Assembly: GCA_963719615.1 (NCBI GenBank)
Contig: CAVRCR010000009.1
Span: 10,963 to 74,962, forward strand
Origin: an uncultured Acidobacteriaceae bacterium
Lineage (GTDB): Bacteria; Acidobacteriota; Terriglobia; Terriglobales; Acidobacteriaceae
Reading direction: 5' to 3'
Length of the DNA stretch: 64,000 bases
The notes under the pieces are model-generated. The model was not told the DNA's origin. It saw only the letters and a list, made by a program, of their open reading frames with translations, and made no database searches. Position 1 is the stretch's first letter, and the number at the start of each line of letters is the position of its first letter. This document shows positions 16,856-26,945 of the stretch, piece by piece. Made by a program: the position numbers and the translations under genes.

Positions 16856-18112
16856 TTAGTTGCCGTCCCCGCCGAACAGGTCGGACATGACCTGCACACC
16901 GTCATCGCAAGCATGGTTCAGGCAGCCAACGCCGAAGCCTGCCTCGAGAGTTTTGGTGAGCGAGAAGTGGGTGTAGAACTTCGAGCTATGCACCCCGTGG
17001 GACCCATAGTTGGTATCCACGATGACCAGTACCTTGTTCTGGTTGGGCACGAAGCTGTAATCGTTTTCATCCCACACCGTCACAATCGCGTTGCGGCCAC
17101 GCTCCCACACCGGGGAGTTGTGGATCGCCTTCACAATCGTTCTTAAGGTGAGGTCGCCAACATAGATCAGCGCCGGATTCAATCCGGCTTGGGAGCCATC
17201 GGTGACCGGATCGAAAGCGCACTGGGCACCACCATTGCCGCGTCCGTGCTGATCGTTGCACTGGTTGGGCGAAATCAGCGAGAAGGCGGGGAGGCGGCCG
17301 GAGCTCAGGTCATCGTAAAGGCCACCTTTGCCTTCAAAGCCCACGACATTGGCCAAGCTGTTGTTGGGATCGTGGCCTTCCTGCACACTCTTGAAATACA
17401 CAAAAGGGTTGTGCTTTGCGGCATAAAGTTTGACAAAGGCGGCCGAGCCACCGAGGGAGTCGGGGATGGTGGACAAGTCAGTGAAGTACCCGTCGCTGTA
17501 GGCGATGCCGTCGGCTCCGCTCGCTGGCAGGCTCTCCTGATAGCTCTTCCAGCGGCGACCACGCTCGGCTAGCTGATCTCCAATCATCTTGCCAACGGTA
17601 TGAGCCGCCGGAATCGACCGACCGTCCATGCTGACTAAACCCGGAGGACATGGGTCGGTCACGCTCGGATTCGGACACTCGTTGGTTAGGTCGACGGCTG
17701 GCGTAGCCGCGTCCATGCCCTCGCCCGCGATGGGACAAACGTTCGCGCTTGAGGGAAAGTCGGTGGTGGTATAGGGAGTCGGCCCGAGATTCGGACTGCA
17801 GTTCGCGTTGTGCCAGTCGGGCGCGTTATCGCTGCGCACACCGAAGTTTGACGCCCCCACGATTTCCAGGTAGTTGGTGGAGCTGGGGTGGCCAACCGCG
17901 AAGTAATTCGTCGTGGAATTGGCGGACTTTGCATATTGGTTCGCGAACGGCGCGTTAGGATTTCCTACGATTTGGCTGTAACCGTGGTTCTCCATCATGA
18001 TCACAAACACGTGGTCGAGGTGTGAAATCCCCCGGGGAACCTCGCCCTGCTGGGCGAACATGGTTGCCGTGAGCAACGCAAACAGGCATACCGATAGAGT
18101 CTTCATGGTCAT
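16856..18112 (-). CDS. secreted phosphoesterase-family protein (AcpA/PlcN-like)
   Basis: Signal peptide MTMKTLSVCLFALLTATMFAQQ, then LDHVFVIMMENHGYSQIVG, NYFAVGHPSSTNYLE and a C-terminal WDENDY motif, typical of PF04185-type phosphoesterases. Confidence 0.7.
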   Translation of the reverse strand: MTMKTLSVCLFALLTATMFAQQGEVPRGISHLDHVFVIMMENHGYSQIVGNPNAPFANQYAKSANSTTNYFAVGHPSSTNYLEIVGASNFGVRSDNAPDWHNANCSPNLGPTPYTTTDFPSSANVCPIAGEGMDAATPAVDLTNECPNPSVTDPCPPGLVSMDGRSIPAAHTVGKMIGDQLAERGRRWKSYQESLPASGADGIAYSDGYFTDLSTIPDSLGGSAAFVKLYAAKHNPFVYFKSVQEGHDPNNSLANVVGFEGKGGLYDDLSSGRLPAFSLISPNQCNDQHGRGNGGAQCAFDPVTDGSQAGLNPALIYVGDLTLRTIVKAIHNSPVWERGRNAIVTVWDENDYSFVPNQNKVLVIVDTNYGSHGVHSSKFYTHFSLTKTLEAGFGVGCLNHACDDGVQVMSDLFGGDGN

Positions 18113-18440
18113 AGTCTGCTGTTTCTCCTCAATGATAGTCTGGTGCCGAACCCTGGAAATCCGCGGCTTCTGGCTAGCCCACCGCTTCGCACGAGACCTG
18201 AACGGAGTCTTCTGAGAGCAGTAGTAGGGTGACGCGCGGATGCAAAGACACTAGCGGCCCTGTGTTACGGCACCGTGACAGAACAATTAACGTTGTGTGA
18301 ATTTGGGGGAGTCTCGGATGGAGAATGGAGGCTGGCGGTGCCGGGATGACAGCTAATTTCCGCTGGCTGACAATGGCCGGCTTGGGACGATCCGGCCGCG
18401 GGTTGCAACCGGGTTGTACGGGCTTTAGTATCGCCATAGC

Positions 18441-19493
18441 GTGGCCATTTCCAAAAGCGATCCCAACCAGAACGACCACCGCGAGCGGCTGGTGTCGGCG
18501 GCGCCGGTCGAGGACGACTCCTCGTTCGAACTGAAGCTACGACCCCAGCGGCTGGGCGAATTCATCGGGCAGTCCAAGGTCAAAGAGAATCTGGCCGTGG
18601 CCATCGAGGCGGCGCGCTCGCGCGGCGAGGCCATGGATCACGTTCTGCTCTACGGCCCGCCGGGGCTGGGCAAGACGACGCTGGCTAACATCATCGCCAA
18701 CGAACTGGGCGTGCATTTCCAGCCTACGGCTGCGCCGTTGCTGCAGATTAAGGGCGACCTCACGGCGATCATCACGAACCTGCGGGAGAAGCAGGTGCTG
18801 TTCGTCGATGAGATACACCGTCTGCAGCCGGTGCTTGAGGAGTTACTGTACTCTGCGCTTGAAGACTACAAGCTCGACATCATCATCGGGCAGGGGCCGT
18901 CGGCACGCACGCATACGCTGGAGGTGAAGCCGTTCACGTTTATCGGGGCGACGACCCGGGCTGGGCTGATTTCGTCCCCGCTGCGGGCGCGGTTCGGGAT
19001 TGTGCTGCGACTGGAGTTTTATACGCCGGAGGATCTGAGGGTGATCGTGGTGCGCTCGGCAGAGATCCTGGGAGTGGAGATCGACGACGCGGGGGCGCGC
19101 GAAATCGCAGGCCGGTCCCGCGGCACGCCACGCATTGCGAACCGGTTGCTGCGACGCGTGCGCGATTTCGCCCAGGTTCGGGGTGCGGGCAAGATTGACG
19201 AGCCCACGGCCAAGGCTGCGCTGCAAATGCTCGAAGTGGATCAGTACGGGTTCGATGAGGTCGACCGGCGGCTGCTGCTGACGATCATCGAGAAATATCA
19301 AGGCGGTCCGGTGGGCGTCAACACGCTGGCCGCGGTGCTGGCGGAAGAGCCCGATGCGATCGAGGAAATCTACGAGCCGTTCCTGATGCAAATTGGATTT
19401 CTAAACCGCACTCCGCGCGGGCGTGTGGCCACGCAGTTGGCCTACGATCATTTTGGGATAGCGCCGCATCGCAGGCAGAGTTCACTGTTCTGA
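18441..19493 (+). CDS. ruvB: Holliday junction branch migration DNA helicase RuvB
   Basis: [19 protein letters not shown], Walker [15 protein letters not shown], Walker [49 protein letters not shown] start approximate. Confidence 0.96.
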   Translation: MAISKSDPNQNDHRERLVSAAPVEDDSSFELKLRPQRLGEFIGQSKVKENLAVAIEAARSRGEAMDHVLLYGPPGLGKTTLANIIANELGVHFQPTAAPLLQIKGDLTAIITNLREKQVLFVDEIHRLQPVLEELLYSALEDYKLDIIIGQGPSARTHTLEVKPFTFIGATTRAGLISSPLRARFGIVLRLEFYTPEDLRVIVVRSAEILGVEIDDAGAREIAGRSRGTPRIANRLLRRVRDFAQVRGAGKIDEPTAKAALQMLEVDQYGFDEVDRRLLLTIIEKYQGGPVGVNTLAAVLAEEPDAIEEIYEPFLMQIGFLNRTPRGRVATQLAYDHFGIAPHRRQSSLF

Positions 19494-19511
19494 TGTGCCG
19501 CGTCCTTCGCG

Positions 19512-20156
19512 TCATTCCCTGCCACCCAGCCTGACACCCGGCCCGAAGTACCGGTAGTGTCCCGTGATCTTCCAGTTGAAAAGAACATCTTCCATGCGGG
19601 GTCCTTCGCCGATGTTGTGGACCATCATGTAGCGGCCGCTCCACCGCGTCTTTTGATCGACGACGATGCCGATGTGGGGCACATTTCCGCCGAGGTCCCA
19701 TGTGACCAGATCGCCCGGCGCATAGTCGGTGGCGCGGGTCGTGATCGGCAAAGACTGACCTTTGCGCTGGAAGAAAACCATCAGATTGGGCACGCGGCGG
19801 TGGTCGATGTTCGAGTCGGGATGGGCCAGCCGCCAGCGCCTCTGGTTTGGATAGGCCGAGAAGCTGTGCAACATGTCTTCGTGGACTTCTTTTTGCAAAT
19901 CGACGCCTACCGCCCGGTAGCTTCGGATGATCTCGTCGGTGCAGACTCCGGTATCGGCAGGCACGTCCCCGCCGGGATACGGAATGCGGACATAGTCGGA
20001 AACGTAGCGCACGGAATGGTGTGTGCGCTCGATCGCGGCAGCGACCAGGCGGCGCGTGAACTCCTGGCGGGAAGTGGTGGACGCGATCTGCGCCCAACCA
20101 CTGAGGCCGAGGGCAAGGACAAAGAGCATCGACCAGTTCGCGGGGACCTTCCCCAT
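19512..20156 (-). CDS. DUF1287-domain secreted protein
   Basis: Start moved to MGKVPANWSMLFVLALGLSGWAQ (ATG 20156). YPGGDVPADTGVCTDEIIRSYR...DHRRVPNLMVFF...GDLVTWDLGGNVPHIGIV matches DUF1287. Confidence 0.7.
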   Translation of the reverse strand: MGKVPANWSMLFVLALGLSGWAQIASTTSRQEFTRRLVAAAIERTHHSVRYVSDYVRIPYPGGDVPADTGVCTDEIIRSYRAVGVDLQKEVHEDMLHSFSAYPNQRRWRLAHPDSNIDHRRVPNLMVFFQRKGQSLPITTRATDYAPGDLVTWDLGGNVPHIGIVVDQKTRWSGRYMMVHNIGEGPRMEDVLFNWKITGHYRYFGPGVRLGGRE

Positions 20157-20291
20157 AGCGCATTGTAACCACACCGACCTGAGAGGAGAATAGAAATAGA
20201 TACGGATAACCGGGCGGCCGGCCCGCGGTGCTAGAATCATACGTTTTGTGCTTGATCGGGTTTTTGCATACTCAGTTCATAGGTGGCAGTC

Positions 20292-21344
20292 ATGGCTACA
20301 ACAATGCTGGCGGTGGTCAAGCCGGAAGCGGCGCCGGGCGCGGACGTTCGCGAGGTGAAAATTCCCGCCTTCGGGCGGACCGATGTATTGGTCAAGGTCA
20401 AGGTCGCTTCCATCTGCGGCACCGACCTGCACATTTACAACTGGGATCGTTGGGCGCAGAACCGGATTCATCCGCCGCTGATTCCCGGGCATGAGTTTTG
20501 CGGCGAGGTGGCGGCGTTCGGCGATGAAGTCACCAGCGTCAAGGAAGGAGACTTCGTTTCGGCGGAGATGCATGTGGCTTGCGGCAAGTGCCTGCAGTGC
20601 CGCACGGGCGAGGCGCACATCTGCCAGAACGTGAAAATCATTGGCGTGGATGCCAACGGAGCCTTCGCCGAGTACGTCGTGATTCCCGAGTCGAATATCT
20701 GGAAGCTCGATCCGGCGATTCCACTGGAGTACGCCTCGATTCTCGATCCTCTGGGAAATGCAGTTCACACGGTGCTGGCTGGGGAGATTGCGGCCAAGAC
20801 CGTGGGCATCACCGGCTGCGGTCCGATCGGGCTGTTTTCTATTGCGGTGGCCAAGGCGGTGGGTGCGACTTCGGTCTTCGCGATCGAGGTGAACGAGCAC
20901 CGTGCGCGTATTGCGCGCGAGATGAAGGCCGACTACGTCATCAACCCGGCCAAGGAAGACGTGGACGCGATCGTGATGGAAAAGACCGGCGGGCTGGGCG
21001 TGGACGTCGTGCTCGAGATGGCGGGGCATCCGGATTCGATTCGAACAGGATTCGACATCGTGCGGCGCGGCGGCAGAATTTCCTTGCTTGGCCTGACCTC
21101 GAAGCCCATCTCGTTGAACTTTTCCGAGGACATTATTTTCAAAGGCATCACGGTGCAAGGGATCAATGGGCGCCGCATGTACCAGACTTGGTATCAGATG
21201 ACCGCGCTGCTGAAGGCCGGGAAGCTCGATCTGCATCCAGCGATCACCGACCGCATTTCGATGAAGGATTTCGGGAAGGCAATGGAGCGGCTGAGGACTG
21301 GGGAGGCCAGCAAGATTCTGGTGTATCCGAATGGGGTGCGCTGA
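20292..21344 (+). CDS. tdh: L-threonine 3-dehydrogenase
   Basis: Zn-ADH fold. VLVKVKVASICGTDLHIYNWDRWAQ..IPGHEFCGEV, CGKCLQCRTGEAHIC, GITGCGPIGL. ATG 20292 follows AGGTGG; starts at 20283 or 20304 are also possible. Confidence 0.9.
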   Translation: MATTMLAVVKPEAAPGADVREVKIPAFGRTDVLVKVKVASICGTDLHIYNWDRWAQNRIHPPLIPGHEFCGEVAAFGDEVTSVKEGDFVSAEMHVACGKCLQCRTGEAHICQNVKIIGVDANGAFAEYVVIPESNIWKLDPAIPLEYASILDPLGNAVHTVLAGEIAAKTVGITGCGPIGLFSIAVAKAVGATSVFAIEVNEHRARIAREMKADYVINPAKEDVDAIVMEKTGGLGVDVVLEMAGHPDSIRTGFDIVRRGGRISLLGLTSKPISLNFSEDIIFKGITVQGINGRRMYQTWYQMTALLKAGKLDLHPAITDRISMKDFGKAMERLRTGEASKILVYPNGVR

Positions 21345-21492
21345 AGCGAACGGCAGAAGTGCATGGGTCCTTCGCGCCAAGAACGCGCTCAGGATGACAA
21401 GTCGAATCAGGAACCGGGTTTCGGTTCGTAGCGAGAAGCAGACCGATTTCACTTATTCCGTTGAATCCGTGCAGATCCGTGGCGAGGTTTCT

Positions 21493-22710
21493 ATGACGAC
21501 TGCAACCCGCACCAATCCGCTTTCTTATCTCACCGAACAGCTCAACGAACTCAAGGCCAAAGGCACGCATTTCAAGCTGCGGGTACTCGAGGACGAGCAG
21601 GCGCCCGTCTGCACCTTTGATGGGAAGAAGGTCATCAACCTGGCGTCGAACAATTATTTGGGGCTGACCACGCATCCCAAGCTGCGCGAGGCGGCGCTGG
21701 AGGCGACGCGCAAGTTCGGCGTGGGATCAGGGGCGGTACGCACGATTGCGGGAACGATGAAGATCCACATGGAGCTGGAAGAGAAGATCGCGCGCTTCAA
21801 GAACGTCGAGGCTTGCGTGGTCTTCCAGTCGGGCTTCGCGGCTAATGCGGGGACGGTCTCGGCGGTGCTGGGCAAAGATGACTTCATCATCTCCGACGCG
21901 CTGAACCACGCCTCGATCATCGATGGCGCGCGGCTGTCGAAGGCGAAGATTCTGGTGTTTCGCCACAAGGACATCGCGCACGCCGAAGAGCAACTGGCAA
22001 GCGTTAAGACCGAGCCGGGCAAGAAGCTGCTCATCACCGACGGCGTGTTCTCGATGGATGGCGACATCGGGCCGCTGCCTGCACTGTGTGATCTGGCCGA
22101 AAAATACGGCGCCATCATGATGGTCGACGATGCGCACGCTTCGGGCGTGCTGGGCCGCAATGGACGGGGCACCATCGATCATTTCGGCATGCACGGGCGC
22201 GTCGATATCCAGGTGGGAACGCTGTCGAAGGCGATTGGCGCGCTGGGGGGATACGTTTGCGGCACACATGATTTGATTGATTTTCTGTATCACCGGGCAC
22301 GGCCGTTCTTGTTTTCAACATCGCATCCGCCGTCGGTGGCGGCGACGTGCATCGCGGCCTTCGATGTGCTCGAAAACGAACCCGAGCGGATGGGACAACT
22401 CTGGGCGAATACGCGCTTCTGGAAAAAGGAACTCGGTCTGCTGGGATTCGACATCGGCGGGCGCGCCACCCCGGCCAGCGAGACTCCGATTACGCCGATC
22501 ATTATCGGCGATGGCAAGCTCACCATGGACTTCTCCCGAGAGCTGTTCAAAGAAGGCGTGCTGGGGACTGGGATCGCATTTCCGACAGTGCCTGAGGGAA
22601 AGGCGCGCATCCGCACGATCATGACGGCGACGCATACGAAGGAAGAGTTGGAGCAGGCGCTCGAGGTATTGAAAGGAGTGGGGCGACGGATGGGGATTTT
22701 GGGACAGTAA
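21493..22710 (+). CDS. kbl: glycine C-acetyltransferase (2-amino-3-ketobutyrate CoA ligase)
   Basis: Start at MTTATRTNPLSYLTEQL. SNNYLGL, FQSGFAANAG, DALNHASIIDG, MVDDAHASGVLG, GTLSKA (PLP lysine), directly downstream of tdh. Track ORF 21331.. over-extends across a repeat. Confidence 0.92.
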   Translation: MTTATRTNPLSYLTEQLNELKAKGTHFKLRVLEDEQAPVCTFDGKKVINLASNNYLGLTTHPKLREAALEATRKFGVGSGAVRTIAGTMKIHMELEEKIARFKNVEACVVFQSGFAANAGTVSAVLGKDDFIISDALNHASIIDGARLSKAKILVFRHKDIAHAEEQLASVKTEPGKKLLITDGVFSMDGDIGPLPALCDLAEKYGAIMMVDDAHASGVLGRNGRGTIDHFGMHGRVDIQVGTLSKAIGALGGYVCGTHDLIDFLYHRARPFLFSTSHPPSVAATCIAAFDVLENEPERMGQLWANTRFWKKELGLLGFDIGGRATPASETPITPIIIGDGKLTMDFSRELFKEGVLGTGIAFPTVPEGKARIRTIMTATHTKEELEQALEVLKGVGRRMGILGQ

Positions 22711-22741
22711 TGGGCGCACCCAAGGCCAGCTTCGCTCGGCC

Positions 22742-22772
22742 GGACAGCCGGGGGCGGCTGTCCCCACATGAG
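22742..22772. repeat. GGACAGCCG-GGGG-CGGCTGTCC-CCACATGAG hairpin repeat (copy 3)
   Basis: Identical core to 12129-12159, between the convergent stops of kbl (22710) and the malectin-domain gene (22776). Confidence 0.85.
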
Positions 22773-22775
22773 CAC

Positions 22776-24344
22776 TTATTCCGGCAGTACTTCGATCGCT
22801 GTGACCGTGGCGTAGCGGCTGACTGGGACGAATTCCAGAAGGATCTTGCCTTGGGCGTTTGGTTCCAGGCCCTTGATCCTACGAGTCAGGGGACGATTCT
22901 CCCCGGCTTGCTCGAGGATGTTCAGATTGGCCAGGATTGTCTTGCCATTGCAGAAGACATTGAACACCCGGCCTTCGGGCTCGGCGTTGCCTGACGCCAC
23001 AGACGCGCTGCGGTCGGGACCTTCTGCCGCAGCCCGGTGTTCGATGAAATGCAGCGTGACGGTGTACCTGCCTGGAGCAACGGGGATTGCGTATGAGAAG
23101 TGGCCCCAGCGTTCGGTCTCATAGAACTCCGGGTCGTCGGCGCCTATCGCGGGCTCCTGGCTCGTGCTGAGCTGACCACCTTTGAAGTAGGTGTCGGGAC
23201 TCCACCAGTGGCTGTCGTTTGAGTAATACGGCACATCGCGAGCAACGATGCGTACCGGTCTTACCCGCCCCTGAACTCCAGGAAGAATCTCGATGGCGGA
23301 GAGCATCGCGCCTCCGCCTTTCCCCGAAGAAAAACTGAGATGAAGCTGGCCGTCCGCGGCCGGAGCGATGTCGGAGAATACTTTCACGTCAGCGGTCCGA
23401 TCTCCGCCGGAGTCCGCGAGGACATCGAAGTCGCGGAGCAACGGAACTCCGTTGACTATCACCGTCATGATGCGGCTGCCTTCGCCCCCGCCGCCCACAC
23501 TCTCGGGGCCGTAGAAAGTTTCTGCGAAGTGCAGGTGCAGTTCATACGTTCCGGGCTTCAGGGGAATGTTATAGGTAAAGTCACCTTGACGGCTGCTGCG
23601 ATAGACGATGGGGTCCTGCGTACGCCAGATGTGTTGCACCGCGTTGGGAATGGCGGTGCCACCGGAGAAGTAGGAATCCGGACTCCAGAGCTTGCCGGCA
23701 TGATCCACATATTTGCGGCCGGCGCCAGCTAGGATGCGGACCTCTTCGCCGACGGGAAGGCCAACCGGAGGCTCAGCGGCGGGTTTTTGGGAATAGGAAG
23801 AGCGAATGACTGGCTGTGGATTTGATTTCTCGCGGGCCCGAATCCCAACCATGGCCAGTACTGCAAGAACCACGACGCCGCTCAACCAGTAAATCTGATT
23901 CTGGCTCGGTCGCCACCTTGGAAGCGAGGCGCCAGCCGGGGCGCGGGCCTGCGGCGTCATCACCAAGTCAGACGCAAAACCTGGCTCCTGATCCGACATC
24001 GTCCTAAACACAGGAATGTACTGACCTACCGGGATGGTGATGTGGATGGGATGAGCCGCGCCTTCGGCTGCGTAGTAATCGCTGAGACGCTTACGCAGCC
24101 GGTTGGCCTGCACCCGGACGATCGAATCCGTATCCTGATCAAACGAGTCACGACGATCAAAGACATCAAGCCCGACGGAATATTCCTTGATCTGTCCGCT
24201 CTCGCCGGCAAAGGTCTTTTCGCAGAGGTAAGAAAGGAGGTGCCTCAGGGCCGGGGAACGGGTAAAAAGATGAGACTGCAGAACAGCCCGCAACTCGGCG
24301 CGTTCCGCTTCCCAACCGACCGATTCTGCTGTGATTGAAGGCAC
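22776..24344 (-). CDS. membrane-anchored protein: N-terminal winged-helix-like region, one TM, two malectin (carbohydrate-binding) domains
   Basis: GTG start after GGGAGGG. N-terminus ...IVRVQANRLRKRLSDYY..IHITIPVGQYIPVF resembles an OmpR/CadC-type wHTH. TM is IYWLSGVVVLAVLAMVGI. Two copies of the malectin pattern: YVDHAGKLWSPDSYFSGG..YRSSRQGDFTYNIPLKPGTYELHLHFAE and ...WWSPDTYFKGG..YETERWGHFSYAIPVAPGRYTVTLHFIE. Confidence 0.7.
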   Translation of the reverse strand: MPSITAESVGWEAERAELRAVLQSHLFTRSPALRHLLSYLCEKTFAGESGQIKEYSVGLDVFDRRDSFDQDTDSIVRVQANRLRKRLSDYYAAEGAAHPIHITIPVGQYIPVFRTMSDQEPGFASDLVMTPQARAPAGASLPRWRPSQNQIYWLSGVVVLAVLAMVGIRAREKSNPQPVIRSSYSQKPAAEPPVGLPVGEEVRILAGAGRKYVDHAGKLWSPDSYFSGGTAIPNAVQHIWRTQDPIVYRSSRQGDFTYNIPLKPGTYELHLHFAETFYGPESVGGGGEGSRIMTVIVNGVPLLRDFDVLADSGGDRTADVKVFSDIAPAADGQLHLSFSSGKGGGAMLSAIEILPGVQGRVRPVRIVARDVPYYSNDSHWWSPDTYFKGGQLSTSQEPAIGADDPEFYETERWGHFSYAIPVAPGRYTVTLHFIEHRAAAEGPDRSASVASGNAEPEGRVFNVFCNGKTILANLNILEQAGENRPLTRRIKGLEPNAQGKILLEFVPVSRYATVTAIEVLPE

Positions 24345-24687
24345 CGCGAAACCCTCCCAAAAAAAGTGCGCCTTCTACTTTCTTTATACACCTCCAGTCG
24401 TGCCTTGGTTCCCTTACAAACGGTTACGCCACTCCAGTAACGGTCGTGTAACCCCAATTTTGCAATGGGATGTTGTGAATTTATTCAGCGTTTAGCATGT
24501 CGTTGCTGCGGCTGGAGATAACTCTTCTTTGTATGTCACCCCGCAGTGCATAGCCCCGGGGTAGCGGGTGTAGCGTTGTGAGCCGCCGGAATCCGCTGCA
24601 TAAGGGATGCAGATGCGGAGAGCAGATCGCCGGCAAGGGGCGTAGCCCAGACCGGAACAGAGGCAACTCCGGAAAGGGAGGTTCGAT

Positions 24688-25458
24688 ATGCGGGATATCA
24701 CAACGAAAATGGTACTGGTGGCGATGCTGATGACGCTGTCTTACCACAGCACCGGCACAACGGTTCCGGAACCGGACAAGGTTAGCATGCAAGCGATGAC
24801 CGTGGCCCAACTGGAACGTGCCGCGGACGAGGCACGCAATAAGAAAGATTATGCGCAGGCGATCAAATATTTTCAGGCAGCACTGCGTAGAGACCCCAAG
24901 AATTCGGTGTTGTACAACAAAATGGGGCTGGCCGAATTAAAAAGCGATAACCTGGGAGCGGCCCGGTTTGATTTCGTGAAAGCCGCCAAGCTGAATTCCA
25001 AATTTGCCGATGCCGTCAACAACATTGGAGCCGTGGAATACATGAAGAAGAACTATGGCGCCGCGGCCAAGCACTTCAAGAAAGCGGTGGCCCTCGAGGA
25101 AACGCGACCCGCGTTCCACGTTAACTTGGGAGCGGCATGGTTTAGCCAAAAGAAACTGGAGCAGGCCCTGGCGGAATACGGCCGGGCCCTGGAACTGGAT
25201 CCCGATGCCCTGAGGCAAGAGTCGAAAGCGGGCATCACGGCCCAGATCGCAAGTCCGGAGGAGCGCGCCCGGTACTCGTACATGCTGGCCAAGATCTACG
25301 CCAAGCGCGGCGACGTGGAGACCTGCCTGCAGTGCCTGAGGAAGGCCAAGGAAGACGGCTACCGTGATATGGCGAATGTCTACAAAGACGAAGAGTTCAG
25401 CCGGATGCGGGAGAACCCGAGACTGCACGAGGTAGTGGCGCCGCCCCCGGCCAAGTAA
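24688..25458 (+). CDS. TPR-repeat protein (secreted or membrane-anchored)
   Basis: ATG after GGGAGG. Repeated A..YF..AL..DP....Y...G TPR units (AIKYFQAALRRDPKNSVLYNKMGLA; AAKHFKKAVALEETRPAFHVNLGAA; ALAEYGRALELDPD). Confidence 0.75.
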   Translation: MRDITTKMVLVAMLMTLSYHSTGTTVPEPDKVSMQAMTVAQLERAADEARNKKDYAQAIKYFQAALRRDPKNSVLYNKMGLAELKSDNLGAARFDFVKAAKLNSKFADAVNNIGAVEYMKKNYGAAAKHFKKAVALEETRPAFHVNLGAAWFSQKKLEQALAEYGRALELDPDALRQESKAGITAQIASPEERARYSYMLAKIYAKRGDVETCLQCLRKAKEDGYRDMANVYKDEEFSRMRENPRLHEVVAPPPAK

Positions 25459-25526
25459 CCTTCAAACGATTCTTCTATGGGCCTCTTCTCCGCAGCGGGG
25501 AGAGGCCCTTTGACGTTTGAATACCT

Positions 25527-26867
25527 TCATTTGGTATCAAAGACGGGTCTTGCTACCTCTTCCGGGGATGCCGACTCCGGGTGGCCGGCCTTCCAGCGCA
25601 TCGCGGCCGTGATGCGAGTACGGCCGCTGGGATGATCGTAAAACAGGAACTCCTCGACCGGGCTGGGATCGAGTTTGCGATATTCTCCCAGCATCAGATC
25701 TACATTCGCCTCGCCATCCGGCTGTTGGGCGGCGTTGAGACCGTACATGTCGGCCTCATACTCCATGGTGCGCGTGATGGTATTCGTCACCGGCGTCATG
25801 ACAAAGAAAAATAGGGACAACACGATCACCGCCAGCGGCAGGACCGCGACGTCGGTCATTCCTCGAATGCCCCATTTTTGGCTCCAGCGGGTGAGGGCAG
25901 AGTTGATGCCCCAGTTCAGAAAGGCGAAACCAATCCCCACGAGCACGCCCACTTCGACCAGGCCTTTGTAGGCGTGGTTGAGAACGTAGTGACCCATCTC
26001 GTGGCCCATGGTCGTTTCAATCTCGGGCAGGGTACAACGATTCAGGAGATTGTCGTTCAGCGAAATTCGCATCGTGCTGGCGAAGCCGCTGACGTTGGCG
26101 CTGACTCGATTCGATTGGCGGGAGGCATCGAACTCCCACACATCGGTTGCCGGAATTCCGTTGGCGTTCGCCATCGTGAGGATCGGATCCTTGATGCCTG
26201 GATTCTCCAGCTTTTTGTAAGTGTTGAAGAGGGGGGCGATGTAGACGGGGGCGATCAAACTTACGAATGCGAGAAACACGATGGTTAAAGCTGCGCCCCA
26301 CACCCACCAGCTTTTCCCCAAGCGTCGGACAAGGCCAAATAGCGGCACGATGAGGATCGCTCCCAATACCAGGCCGACCGCCAGCCCGATGATCTGCTCA
26401 CGCAACCAGGGACCGAAGGTTTGATTCAGGAGACCATAATTGTGCTCGCGGAAGTAGCCTTCGTAAACGGTGAGCGGAAAGGTGAGTATCGAAGCAACCA
26501 GAAAGAACTCAATCCAGTAGAGCGCAGTCTGGAGTGGCCGGAAGCGAGTGACGCGCTCGGCCAGGTTTCGCATACCCGTTGACCATCGGTGCCGGAGCAT
26601 CAGCCACATCACCACGACGCTCGAGAGGAAGTCCCACAGCAGCAACCAATAGCCGCCTTCGAAATAGGCGTTAGAGCGGGATCGTTGGGTGGGAGGCATC
26701 TTGGCCAAATAGGCATTGACCGCTGCGTTGACGTCGAACGCAGGCGCTGCCGCGGGCCGGTTTTCGGCGGACGGAACCGGCGAGACAGCTGGGTTGCTCG
26801 TCTGCCCGCATACGAAGGCGGTAAACAAAAAGACAATTGGAAGAATTAATCGCGATGTTCGAAGCAT
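25527..26867 (-). CDS. M48-family (Ste24/HtpX-like) zinc metallopeptidase
   Basis: 446 aa, multiple TM helices, HEMGHYVLNH (HEXXH), EYEADMYG and C-terminal FLFYDHPSGRTRI. Confidence 0.85.
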   Translation of the reverse strand: MLRTSRLILPIVFLFTAFVCGQTSNPAVSPVPSAENRPAAAPAFDVNAAVNAYLAKMPPTQRSRSNAYFEGGYWLLLWDFLSSVVVMWLMLRHRWSTGMRNLAERVTRFRPLQTALYWIEFFLVASILTFPLTVYEGYFREHNYGLLNQTFGPWLREQIIGLAVGLVLGAILIVPLFGLVRRLGKSWWVWGAALTIVFLAFVSLIAPVYIAPLFNTYKKLENPGIKDPILTMANANGIPATDVWEFDASRQSNRVSANVSGFASTMRISLNDNLLNRCTLPEIETTMGHEMGHYVLNHAYKGLVEVGVLVGIGFAFLNWGINSALTRWSQKWGIRGMTDVAVLPLAVIVLSLFFFVMTPVTNTITRTMEYEADMYGLNAAQQPDGEANVDLMLGEYRKLDPSPVEEFLFYDHPSGRTRITAAMRWKAGHPESASPEEVARPVFDTK

Positions 26868-26945
26868 TTTGCGCCCTTCCTCGATTTCGCGTGGAGTATA
26901 CGCCAGGCTCGCGTCCCTCGCATTCGGGCTGGACCGAGGTGGTCT

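Noticed and set aside
20277-21452. 391-aa ORF antisense to tdh. Similar long antisense ORFs occur at 27198-28355 (pyrC), 32653-33669 (GH3), 36178-37113 (DUF4097 gene), 43559-44635 (Gfo/Idh/MocA gene) and 45053-45955 (IS transposase).
   Set aside because: All are mirror ORFs of confidently identified genes. They have biased R/H/G/P composition and no start-site support.
24345-24687. Possible riboswitch or leader in the 340-nt divergent region between the malectin-domain gene and the TPR gene
   Set aside because: Some local hairpins exist (for example CCGCTGCAT...ATGCAGATGCGG), but I could not match any known riboswitch core. It probably holds just two divergent promoters, so I left it unannotated.
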